26,508 bases of DNA from a virus (lineage: Duplodnaviria > Caudoviricetes), in the IMG/VR virus record IMGVR_UViG_3300044878_000211, positions 1 through 26,508 of that record; one strand, 5' to 3'. Of the stretch, positions 9,475 to 16,804 are shown piece by piece. The notes under the pieces were generated by a model. The model was given only the letters and a program-made list of their open reading frames with translations, searched no databases and was not told the DNA's origin. The position numbers and the translations under genes were made by a program. How positions within the stretch are numbered: position 1 is the first letter of the stretch; every line of letters starts with the position of its first letter.

Positions 9475-11073
9475 GTGGATTTTCCAAAAAGTGTGCCCAA
9501 CATCGGTTTGGTGGGCGGGGTATTTGTCGATGAAAACGTGACGAGCGGCACGCCCGGCTCATTGATTCCATCTGCCTGGGGCAACGCCATCACCCAAGAG
9601 GTGCTGAATGTCATTACCGCAGCGGGGTTAGTCCCGTCAGAGGCTGATGTAACCCAGTTGCTCAAGGCAATTCGAGCCATCAATCAGGCAGCATCCAATA
9701 CGTTTGCCACGGCCACAGGCACAGCGAACGCCATCGTGGTCGCCTTTAATCCAGCGGTTACCACTCTGACAGACGGCATGGTCGTTCGTGTGCTGCTGGG
9801 CGCCAACAATACCGGCGCCACTACTTTGGATATCGGAACCGGTCCCAAAACCGTCAACGGTCTAGCGGATGCCGGTCTTCAAGGCGGGGAGTTGGTAGCA
9901 GCTGGCCGCGCCATTTTCATGTGGGCTGCTGCTCAAAACCGCTGGATTCTTCTGTCTTGCCAAGCGGGCGGTTTTCAGGTCAAGCAGGGCACTGCGTCCA
10001 GCCACGCCGTGAACAAATCCCAACTCGGCTGGTTCAGCAACCTGATCGGCGTGGCTGTCTCCACGGCGTTCACTGCTGCGAATTTGGGGCAGTTCATCTT
10101 CGTCACTACCGCAGGCACCACGCAAACGCTCCCACCGCTGGCGAGCTGCCCGCAGGGCTCAACGATTACGTTCGTTGCATTCGCCTCCACGACCATCAAG
10201 GGCAATGCTTCTGAACTGATCACCAACATCTATAACAACGCCTTCCCCAACAGCATCACCCTGGCTGCGGGGGAGCAAATCACGTTCGCGAGTAACACCA
10301 CCAACTGGTACATCGCTCCGTATGTGAAAGCCGAGGCAGGCGCGCCAATCGGCACAGCGTCAAACCTGAAAATGGCCGTAACTACAGCCACGGCTATCAC
10401 ATCTGTTACCGCAGACGAAATCGTTGTTGGTACGGCTCTGGGCGGACCTTCATACCGATTGTCGGGGTACAACAAGGCAATTAACCTCGGGATCAACGGC
10501 GCAGCTGGTATGGACACCGGCACTGCGCCGGTCAATGGCTGGGTCGCGCTCTACGCGATCTTTAACCCGACCTCTGGCGTCTCCAGCATCCTGGCCGTCA
10601 ACTCGCCTAACACAGTGATGCCAACGGTCTACGGCGGGGCGAACATGCCGGCAGGCTTCACCGCTTCGGCGTTGCTGACGGTGTTGCCAACCAATGGCAG
10701 CGGGCAGTTCAAACCTTGCTGTGTGCGTGGCCGCAAGGTTTTGATTCAGCTTGCCACTGCTTACTCAGGCAACGCGTCAGTCTCGAACAATCCAATTTCT
10801 ATTGCGCCGATTGTCCCAGCCAATGCTGTCGAAATTACTCAAGGCGAGTTGACGCTTCAGAACTCTGCCCAATCTTCAATGAGTTTAACCGTCGGGGGAG
10901 ACGCCAATTACCTTGGGCAACAAAACGTGAGTCATCTTGTAAGCGCAGGAGCATCGTTAACAATGAATTACGGAGGAATTCCGATTATCACTCCGCAACA
11001 GGTGATGTTTTCCTCTAGCAGTAGTGCAGGTACACCGACTTACTACTTTTACATTAGCGGGTATTCAATATGA
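9475..11073 (+). CDS. Tail fibre protein
   Basis: 532 aa; MDFPKSVP..GL..G.FVDE...GTPGSLIPS.WGN..TQE N-terminal anchor typical of Pseudomonas fibres; Thr/Gly/Asn-rich beta C-terminus. Confidence 0.88.
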   Translation: MDFPKSVPNIGLVGGVFVDENVTSGTPGSLIPSAWGNAITQEVLNVITAAGLVPSEADVTQLLKAIRAINQAASNTFATATGTANAIVVAFNPAVTTLTDGMVVRVLLGANNTGATTLDIGTGPKTVNGLADAGLQGGELVAAGRAIFMWAAAQNRWILLSCQAGGFQVKQGTASSHAVNKSQLGWFSNLIGVAVSTAFTAANLGQFIFVTTAGTTQTLPPLASCPQGSTITFVAFASTTIKGNASELITNIYNNAFPNSITLAAGEQITFASNTTNWYIAPYVKAEAGAPIGTASNLKMAVTTATAITSVTADEIVVGTALGGPSYRLSGYNKAINLGINGAAGMDTGTAPVNGWVALYAIFNPTSGVSSILAVNSPNTVMPTVYGGANMPAGFTASALLTVLPTNGSGQFKPCCVRGRKVLIQLATAYSGNASVSNNPISIAPIVPANAVEITQGELTLQNSAQSSMSLTVGGDANYLGQQNVSHLVSAGASLTMNYGGIPIITPQQVMFSSSSSAGTPTYYFYISGYSI

Positions 11074-11234
11074 CTGTGTTTGTTCAGTTCGAGAGCGAGG
11101 CGAAGGAAAAGGTTATTGGTGTTTTTTCTTGCGCCCAAGATCCGGAGTTTTGGCCGAACGTTGAAGGCGTCGATGATGATGACGAAAGGTTGCTTACGTT
11201 CTTGGACGGGGTAGATGTTAAAGGGACGCTGTAA
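11070..11234 (+). CDS. Small acidic putative tail fibre chaperone, 54 aa (not in ORF track)
   Basis: ATGA overlap with fibre stop; MTVFVQFESEAKEKVIGVFSCAQDPEFWPNVEGVDDDDERLLTFLDGVDVKGTL. Confidence 0.7.
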   Translation: MTVFVQFESEAKEKVIGVFSCAQDPEFWPNVEGVDDDDERLLTFLDGVDVKGTL

Positions 11235-11255
11235 CGCCGATCCTTGAATAGGTAG

Positions 11256-11281
11256 ACCGCTTTTAAGCTAAGCGGTTTTTT
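11256..11281 (+). terminator. Intrinsic terminator-like hairpin before endolysin
   Basis: ACCGCTT-ttaagct-AAGCGGT followed by TTTTT. Confidence 0.6.
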
Positions 11282-11297
11282 CATGCCTGGAGAAAAC

Positions 11298-11831
11298 ATG
11301 CCAATAACTCAACATCAATTGTTGCAGATACTTCCGAACGCCGGCCCTAAAGCCGGCGTTTTTGTTCCTGTCCTTATCACCGCCATGCAGCGCTATCAGA
11401 TTGTCGGTAGCAAGCGGATTGCCGCATTCATTGCCCAGATAGGTCATGAGTCTGGCCAGCTGCGGTATGTCCGGGAGATCTGGGGCCCAACCCCGGCTCA
11501 GCGCGGCTACGAAGGCCGCAAAGACCTCGGCAACCTCGCGCCGGGCGATGGCTTTAAATACCGCGGCCGTGGCTTGATCCAGATCACCGGCCGTGCCAAC
11601 TACGCAGCGTGTGGCGAGGCGCTCGGCATTGACCTGGTGAATCAACCGGAGCAGCTCGAGCAACCGCAGTACGCCTGCTTGTCGGCGGCCTGGTATTGGG
11701 CGAGCAAGGGCCTGAACAGCCTGGCCGATGGCGCGGACTTCGAGCGGATCACCCAGCGTATCAATGGCGGGCTGAACGGTCAGGCGGATCGCCTGGCGCT
11801 CTGGTCGCAGGCGCAGAAGGTGCTGGCGTGA
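11298..11831 (+). CDS. Endolysin, glycoside hydrolase family 19
   Basis: AAFIAQIGHES, GDG.KYRGRGLIQITGR.NY, SAAWYW, ITQRINGG.NG..DR; GGAG RBS favours ATG 11298. Confidence 0.95.
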   Translation: MPITQHQLLQILPNAGPKAGVFVPVLITAMQRYQIVGSKRIAAFIAQIGHESGQLRYVREIWGPTPAQRGYEGRKDLGNLAPGDGFKYRGRGLIQITGRANYAACGEALGIDLVNQPEQLEQPQYACLSAAWYWASKGLNSLADGADFERITQRINGGLNGQADRLALWSQAQKVLA

Positions 11832-12379
11832 TGGCCGGTCCGTGGAAGGTCGCAGCGGCGCTGGCCCTGGTGCTGCTGGGCGCTGCCTGCGCCTGGCAGG
11901 TGCAGGCCTGGCGGTATGGCCAGCGCCTGGCCACGCAGGCTGCCGACCATCAGGCCGACCTGACCACCCTGGGCAATGCCGCCGCGGCGCAACTGCGGGC
12001 CAACCAGGTGCAGCGCCTGCAACTGGAGCAGCGCCTGGCCACCGACGATAAAACCCACCACAAGGAACTGTCCAATGCACAAAGTCTGCAGGCTCGCCTG
12101 CGTGACCGCCTGGCTACTGCTGATCTGCGGCTGTCAGTCCTCCTCGCCCAACCTGCAGGTGCTGGCGACCGGCTGTCAGCCAGCGCCGGTACCGGCGGCG
12201 TGGTTTATGGAGGAGCGCGCGGCGAACTTGACCCCGCGGCTGCTCAACGAATTGTCGCCATCGCCGCTGACGGTGACGCCGGACTGATCGCCCTGGCGGC
12301 CTGTCAGGCGTATGCCCGCGCGGTCAGCGCAGCGCCCAGCGCCACGGCTTCTGTGGCCCCGGCGGTGGGTGGCGGTTAA
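11831..12379 (+). CDS. Rz: Inner-membrane spanin (Rz-like)
   Basis: TGATG overlap with lysin; N-terminal TM helix, AWQVQAWRYG, coiled coil, LRDRLATADLRLSV, IALAACQAY. Confidence 0.88.
   Translation: MAGPWKVAAALALVLLGAACAWQVQAWRYGQRLATQAADHQADLTTLGNAAAAQLRANQVQRLQLEQRLATDDKTHHKELSNAQSLQARLRDRLATADLRLSVLLAQPAGAGDRLSASAGTGGVVYGGARGELDPAAAQRIVAIAADGDAGLIALAACQAYARAVSAAPSATASVAPAVGGG
12075..12287 (+). CDS. Rz1: Outer-membrane lipoprotein spanin (Rz1-like), embedded in Rz in +1 frame
   Basis: MHKVCRLACVTAWLLLICG-C lipobox followed by Pro-rich CQPAPVPAAWFM. Confidence 0.82.
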   Translation: MHKVCRLACVTAWLLLICGCQSSSPNLQVLATGCQPAPVPAAWFMEERAANLTPRLLNELSPSPLTVTPD

Positions 12380-12486
12380 CAAAACGTTTTGATTGCGCCG
12401 GGCTTGGCGACTACTATCGGAGGGGGTCGGGCGGGCGATGGTCGGTTGACTCGACGTGTTGCACGTCGGCCCGGTGAAAATTATTA

Positions 12487-12526
12487 AACAGTATTGATGT
12501 TAAATACACGTCGGCTTTGCTATGCT
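12487..12526 (+). promoter_or_regulatory. Putative rep promoter (extended -10) with upstream repressor-type operator
   Basis: TGcTATGCT at 12518-12526; AACA-gtattga-TGTT at 12487-12501 matches the operator motif flanking cI. Confidence 0.45.
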
Positions 12527-12581
12527 TTTGCCGTCTGGCACGTTGGCCAGGGAAGAATTAGAACTAAAAACAAGGGCTTAG

Positions 12582-12659
12582 AAAAAAGAAAACCCCAGGC
12601 CGGCAAGCCTAGGGTTTTCGGTGATCGTCCGGATTGAAAACTTCGGAAGACCCTCGACA
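12582..12659 (-). ncRNA. Predicted counter-transcribed antisense replication-control RNA (~77 nt)
   Basis: Minus-strand promoter TTGCAC-N17-TAAACT. 13-bp terminator stem 12588-12619 whose only plus-strand mismatch (C/A) is a G-U pair on the minus strand, followed by U6. Confidence 0.65.
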
Positions 12660-12665
12660 GGTCGA

Positions 12666-12694
12666 AGTTTAGTGGACGGTCCCCTTCTGTGCAA
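12666..12694 (-). promoter_or_regulatory. Sigma70-type promoter for antisense RNA
   Basis: -35 TTGCAC (12694-12689), 17-nt spacer, -10 TAAACT (12671-12666). Confidence 0.65.
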
Positions 12695-12715
12695 GCCCGT
12701 TGCTGGGGAGCAACC

Positions 12716-12805
12716 ATGCTGCATTTCGACCGTTTGCCGCGGTATTACCCGCGGTCCGACCGCACCACTCGCGTTAGCGTCGACCTCGTCAGGGGCGTGC
12801 TATGA
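12716..12805 (+). CDS. Rep leader peptide, 29 aa (tap/repY-like; not in ORF track)
   Basis: GGGGAG RBS; MLHFDRLPRYYPRSDRTTRVSVDLVRGVL; its TGA overlaps the repA ATG (ATGA 12802-12805). Confidence 0.65.
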   Translation: MLHFDRLPRYYPRSDRTTRVSVDLVRGVL

Positions 12806-13695
12806 CCTTGCGTGTGGTCAAGTCGTTTCTCCCCGCCGGCTCGCCGGCCAGTGCGGTGTATGCCGCGCTCGAGGCGTCCCTCGACGCGCCCGAGACTCCT
12901 GCAGCACCTCCCCCCTTCAAGAAAGTCCTGCCCCCGGTGGGCCACCAGTCCAAGCGCCGGCCGCGCAAACTCTCCGAAAAGCAAGCCAAGACCTTTCTCG
13001 GTGACGCGGTGAAACGCATCAAGGCCGAGGCCCAGGACCGTACGGGCAAGTACCTGCGCGATCTGGACTGCGTGCACCAGGGCGGCGGGCGCACCCGCGC
13101 CGAGCGCTGGCAGGCCCTGGCGGCCATCGCCGAGCCGCTGCTGGCACGGCTGGACATTGCCACCGGGGTTCTGGGTTACCTGGACAACAACGGCCAGTTC
13201 CGCCTCAACCGGCAGAACGGCCTGGCCGAGGACGCCGGCATCAGCCCGTCGCGCCTGTGCCGCCTGCTCAAGGCCCTGGAGAAAGCCAAGTATACCCTGC
13301 GCAAGATCAAGCGTCTGTACCGCAACGGTAAGCGCTGGGTCTGCCGCATCACCATCTACGTGCGCCCGCGCTTCTTTATCGACCTCGGCCTGGGCTTCCT
13401 GCACGCCACCGCGCGCACCGCCAAGGCCAAGGCCTACCTGAAAAAACGCCGCCAGGCGCAGGCCGTGCAGCAGCAGGCGCTGCTCGATGACATGGCTGCC
13501 GCGCACGACCGCCGCATGAGCCACCGCAAGGCCGAGGCCGCGCGCGCCGAGACGCGCAAGGGCGCCGAGAACAACGCGCGGATCCAGGCCCTGCAGCACA
13601 AGGCCGGCGTGCTCTCGGACCTGGCCAAGGCCCATCCGGACAAAGGCCATGCCGAGTTGCTGACGCTCTACCAGCAGCTCCACCCCGGCGCCTAA
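12802..13695 (+). CDS. repA: Plasmid replication initiator, IncFII RepA-like winged-helix protein
   Basis: 297 aa, basic. ERWQAL..L..LDIAT / LAEDAGIS.SRLCRLL..LEKAKY (HTH) / I.V.PRFF..LGL followed by a basic helical tail recalls IncFII RepA architecture. Leader peptide and antisense context agree. Confidence 0.7.
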   Translation: MTLRVVKSFLPAGSPASAVYAALEASLDAPETPAAPPPFKKVLPPVGHQSKRRPRKLSEKQAKTFLGDAVKRIKAEAQDRTGKYLRDLDCVHQGGGRTRAERWQALAAIAEPLLARLDIATGVLGYLDNNGQFRLNRQNGLAEDAGISPSRLCRLLKALEKAKYTLRKIKRLYRNGKRWVCRITIYVRPRFFIDLGLGFLHATARTAKAKAYLKKRRQAQAVQQQALLDDMAAAHDRRMSHRKAEAARAETRKGAENNARIQALQHKAGVLSDLAKAHPDKGHAELLTLYQQLHPGA

Positions 13696-13985
13696 GCCCC
13701 TTCCTTTCTGCACCGCACCCGGCGGTGCCTTCGCGTGGGCGCTCGCCTGAGAGCGCCGCTCAGCCCCCTTCCTGCCGCCCATTCGGGCCATGTTTGCCCC
13801 TCCTTCCACCCCGTTTTTCCCGTGCGCCCGCCGGCGTTCGAGCGCGCGCCCGTCCAGGTGCTTTGGCCTTTGGAATATCTGCAATTTTAGAGTTCGAGTG
13901 GTACCACCCAAGGGTTAGAAACAGAGCCTTTAGGTATCGTGGAGTGCTCTAGGTCGGGGCCTGACTGGATGCCATAGAAAGAATG
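13696..13985 (+). other. Putative CIS spacer and replication origin downstream of repA
   Basis: ~170-nt C-rich non-coding tract followed by a locally AT-richer segment (13861-13985) with recurring TAG(A/G) words; position matches IncFII/IncI-type replicons. Confidence 0.4.
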
Positions 13986-14440
13986 CCTGCCCACTTCGCG
14001 CCTGGAGGCGCGGGGCAAGGGCACCGCTCTGCGTCGGTGCCGCCGCCGGCGTGTCAGGGAGGCGCCCTCCAGTTGCTGTGGGCCGGTTCCACGCCGCATC
14101 CGACCGCCACACCGTGGCCCGGCCCTTCGCGCCTTCACGCGCCGCCTGCGGCCGGTCAGTCGCGCAAGCGCTCCAGTGGTCAAGGCGAGGGGTGGGCCTG
14201 CCTCCGCTTTCCCTCCTGGAGCGCTGCGGTGGCCGTTCAGGCGCACGGGAACCTCACGGGCAGGTGCCGGTCTGACTCGTTCGTGCCGCCGTCCATGCGG
14301 GCGCTGGCGGGCTTCTGCGGCGTGCGGGTCGCGGGCGATGGCCTAGCGGGTTGCGCGGCGCAGATGGTCCCCGGCAAAAACCGCTGCAAGCCCCGTCGCA
14401 TAAGGCTTGCGCCGCTCTCGGCCGCGGCTCTAAGTAATAG

Positions 14441-14461
14441 GCGAATTAGCTAATTAGCTAT
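14441..14461. repeat. 8-bp GCTAATTA-type array A (putative parS/operator)
   Basis: GCGAATTA GCTAATTA GCTAT, directly upstream of a -35 box. Confidence 0.75.
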
Positions 14462-14488
14462 TGAGATAAGCCTTTCGCTATGTAAAAT
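14461..14488 (+). promoter_or_regulatory. Sigma70-type promoter for ORF 14538
   Basis: TTGAGA-N16-TAAAAT. Confidence 0.55.
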
Positions 14489-14537
14489 TGAACCCATCCA
14501 TGGCATTCCGCCACGGACCCTGATCGGAGTTGTCCCG

Positions 14538-14774
14538 TTGAGTCGCCAAGTCTTACACGCCCAAATGAAGGACCATGCCCGGTGTCTATCGCTGCCTCAA
14601 TTGACCCAGTCGATTCTGAACCTGGGCGCGGGACCGCTGCCGGCGATTGAACAGATCCTGCGCAGCCTGCTGCTGGACATCTACACCGAACGTCGCGGCA
14701 CCGAAGCGGCCGGGCGCTTGATGAATCAGCTGGGTCTGCCGGTGATCGAGCAGCCGGGCATTCTGTTGGCCTGA
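14538..14774 (+). CDS. Hypothetical protein
   Basis: GGAG RBS 7 nt before TTG start; high-GC3 codon usage; follows a promoter. Confidence 0.6.
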   Translation: MSRQVLHAQMKDHARCLSLPQLTQSILNLGAGPLPAIEQILRSLLLDIYTERRGTEAAGRLMNQLGLPVIEQPGILLA

Positions 14775-14875
14775 CCCGGCGTGCCGCGGGCGGCAATGCG
14801 CCGCGCCGCGGCGCCTGTACCCCGTTCTCCCCCTCGAGCAGTATCCCCCGCCTTCCAGATCGTCGGTTATGCTTG

Positions 14876-14909
14876 TTGTGCTAAATAGCGAATTCGCTAT
14901 TTAGCGCAA
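14876..14909. repeat. Array B: 34-bp palindrome with perfect 26-bp core made of 8-bp units
   Basis: GCTAAATA GCGAATTC GCTATTTA GC (14880-14905); overlaps the -35 region of the extended -10 TGcTAAGCT (14914-14922). Confidence 0.8.
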
Positions 14910-14952
14910 TGGCTGCTAAGCTCCTGTCACCCCCAAGACCGCGAGGTGTGAC

Positions 14953-15450
14953 ATGGCCATCAAGGCACGCAAAGCCAAACCGCTCCCGCCACTGCCCGAA
15001 AGCCCCATGCAGTGGACGCGTGCCGATCCGGCCGCCCTGGCCCAGTTCGACCCGTCGACCAAGACCTGCACCATGAATTGCGGCCCGCATGGGCTTGACC
15101 CGCGCAGTCGCGAGGAACGATTGTTCCTGTGCGACGACTGTGACTGTCACGAACCGAAAGGAACCCACGCCATGACTGACCACAAACCCCCCCCGCTCAC
15201 CCTGGAGCTGACCGGTTATCTGGTCGACGCGCTGGCCGACTGGTTGCGCGCCGATGCCAAGGCGATGCACCCGGCCACCCCTGGCACGGACAAACGCCAG
15301 GCCCGCGAAGAGCGCGCGCTGCTGGCCGACGCCTTCGTGCGCGGCGCGCTGCACTACCTGCCGGAGGTGGCCGCCGAAGGCGATCTGGCCGCCGCGTTGA
15401 ATGAGCGCGCCGAAGCCTATGCCGCCTACGACGCCGCGAATCCACGCTAG
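14953..15450 (+). CDS. Hypothetical protein; Cys/His N-terminal part, probable second in-frame start at 15172
   Basis: GAGG RBS; CTMNCGPH..DPRS..ER.FLCDDC; internal AAAGGA RBS before ATG 15172. Confidence 0.65.
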   Translation: MAIKARKAKPLPPLPESPMQWTRADPAALAQFDPSTKTCTMNCGPHGLDPRSREERLFLCDDCDCHEPKGTHAMTDHKPPPLTLELTGYLVDALADWLRADAKAMHPATPGTDKRQAREERALLADAFVRGALHYLPEVAAEGDLAAALNERAEAYAAYDAANPR

Positions 15451-15465
15451 AAAGGAACCCCCGCC

Positions 15466-15711
15466 ATGCCGATGATCGACAGTGACGACCTCAAGCACGG
15501 CCTCTTGCCCGTGCAGCAAGCCGAAACCCGTTATAAGCAGGCCAGCGCTAACCGCCGCGCCGGGAGTGAAGCCGGGGCGGACATGGCCCCGCTGTTCGAA
15601 GCCGAGGGCCAGGCGCAGAAGGCCTATCTGGATGCCTGCGTCGTCTTGCACGGCTACGTCCGGGGCGCGGTGAATGTCGCCGAAGGGCGCGCCGCCGCCC
15701 AGGACGAGTAA
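15466..15711 (+). CDS. Hypothetical helical protein
   Basis: AAAGGA RBS, operon context, codon usage. Confidence 0.65.
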   Translation: MPMIDSDDLKHGLLPVQQAETRYKQASANRRAGSEAGADMAPLFEAEGQAQKAYLDACVVLHGYVRGAVNVAEGRAAAQDE

Positions 15712-15716
15712 GCCGC

Positions 15717-15744
15717 GTTACCAATAACGGCGTTTATGTTCAAT
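15717..15744 (+). other. dif-like XerC/XerD recombination site
   Basis: GTTACCAATAA-cggcgt-TTATGTTCAAT: 11-6-11 layout; XerD arm 10/11 and XerC arm 7/11 versus E. coli dif; intergenic. Confidence 0.65.
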
Positions 15745-15756
15745 TGCGTGCTACAC

Positions 15757-15783
15757 AAGGCTGCCATCGGGTGGCCTTTTTTT
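15757..15783 (+). terminator. Intrinsic terminator
   Basis: AAGGCTGCC-atcg-GGTGGCCTT (two G-U pairs) followed by a T tract. Confidence 0.75.
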
Positions 15784-15876
15784 GTGCCCGCCGTTACCAC
15801 TTTGCGGTAAAGTGGGCTACCGTTTTTAGGTGTTCTGGTTTTAGAACGTAACCACCCATGCGAAAGGAGAACCACC

Positions 15877-16170
15877 GTGCCGTGTTACACGCTCTACGAC
15901 CCAGACCGAAAGCCGACCGGTCATCTCTGCGGTGACCTCGGCGAGCACTGCGGGGAGTGTGGCGACCTCGGCGCGAACCTGTGCGATTACCCGGTGGGCG
16001 AGGGCAAGACCTGTGATCGTCTGCTGTGCGATTACCACGCCCAGTTGATCGCGCCGAACCTGCATTACTGCAGCCCGCATGCAGTCGAGTGGCGCGCGTT
16101 TCGCGATGCCGGCGGCGTGCGCCAGGAGCTGGAGAACGTGATTGCCTTTAAGGAGGAAAAGAAGAAATGA
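15877..16170 (+). CDS. Cys/His-rich putative zinc-binding protein
   Basis: AAGGAG RBS, GTG start; CxxC, LCDYP, TCDRLLCxxH, YCxxH. Confidence 0.7.
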   Translation: MPCYTLYDPDRKPTGHLCGDLGEHCGECGDLGANLCDYPVGEGKTCDRLLCDYHAQLIAPNLHYCSPHAVEWRAFRDAGGVRQELENVIAFKEEKKK

Positions 16171-16526
16171 GCACCACTGTGGATATTGACGCCCAGGTGA
16201 GCCTACTGCTCGAGCGCCTGGACAACACCGAGACCGATGCCCAGCTGCTGGCCGGGCTGTGCGCCCAGGCGCCGCTGGTACGGCAGATTGCAACCGCCTG
16301 CATACAGACTCCGGCCTATGTCGGATCCGCCGCGCAGGTCGCGGCCTTCCAAGTCGAGCTGGAAGCCGACCACACCGAGGACGAACGCTTGCTGGCGGCC
16401 TGGCTGCACTTTCTGGATCGCATCATCAGTGCCCCGACCCGCTTGCACATGATCGGCGCGGTGCGCCTGTGCCTGCCGCTGGTGGCGCAGTACTTGCCGG
16501 AGGTGGGCCATGGCGACCATCGCTGA
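16167..16526 (+). CDS. Hypothetical protein
   Basis: ATGA overlap, AAGGAGG upstream, codon usage. Confidence 0.65.
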   Translation: MSTTVDIDAQVSLLLERLDNTETDAQLLAGLCAQAPLVRQIATACIQTPAYVGSAAQVAAFQVELEADHTEDERLLAAWLHFLDRIISAPTRLHMIGAVRLCLPLVAQYLPEVGHGDHR

Positions 16527-16689
16527 AATCCGCCAGATGCTGGCCCGCGGCGAAACCGTGAGCCTGCAGCAGCGTTACGTCGCGCCGGTGCTCGAGGGAC
16601 TGGCTGCCAATCCCAAGGGCATCGAGCAGTACCGGGTGACGCCTCGTGCGGGCGGCCTGACCGATATCGTTCTGGAAAGAAAAGGCTAG
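16510..16689 (+). CDS. Hypothetical protein, 59 aa (not in ORF track)
   Basis: GGAGG RBS; MATIAEIRQMLARGETVSLQQRYVAPVLEGLAANPKGIEQYRVTPRAGGLTDIVLERKG. Confidence 0.6.
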   Translation: MATIAEIRQMLARGETVSLQQRYVAPVLEGLAANPKGIEQYRVTPRAGGLTDIVLERKG

Positions 16690-16804
16690 CGTCTGTCGCG
16701 TGCCACAGACGCGGCGGTGGTGTCTCAGGCAGACTCCGCGCGCCCGACGCCTGATGGTGTCGCCGGCGCGGCCCCGATGATCATGCTCTGCAGGAGGAGC
16801 GCTA

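Noticed and set aside
140-9571. Long minus-strand ORFs opposite the tail genes (e.g. 140-1705, 2560-3675, 5593-6705, 8792-9571)
   Set aside because: Antisense shadows of high-GC3 genes; no RBS or motifs, and they fully overlap recognisable structural genes.
1-11073. Transposable Mu-like phage or stand-alone tailocin
   Set aside because: No MuA/MuB, gin or mom. Replicon, partition, immunity and HNH/cos functions indicate a complete non-transposable phage.
12478-12505. TGATGTTAAAT as XerD arm of another dif site
   Set aside because: No credible XerC arm at 6-8 bp spacing; better explained as the AACA-N7-TGTT operator.
12745-13911. 388-aa minus-strand ORF
   Set aside because: Shadow of repA.
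13725-14453. ORFs 13725-13952, 13887-14246 and 13983-14453
   Set aside because: Pro/Arg/Ala low-complexity translations, no RBS and atypical codon usage; the region is more likely origin DNA.
14876-14909. 34-bp palindrome as telRL site of a linear N15-like prophage
   Set aside because: No protelomerase in the window, and the palindrome is fully explained by the self-complementary 8-bp units found at five other sites. Only contig topology could revive this.
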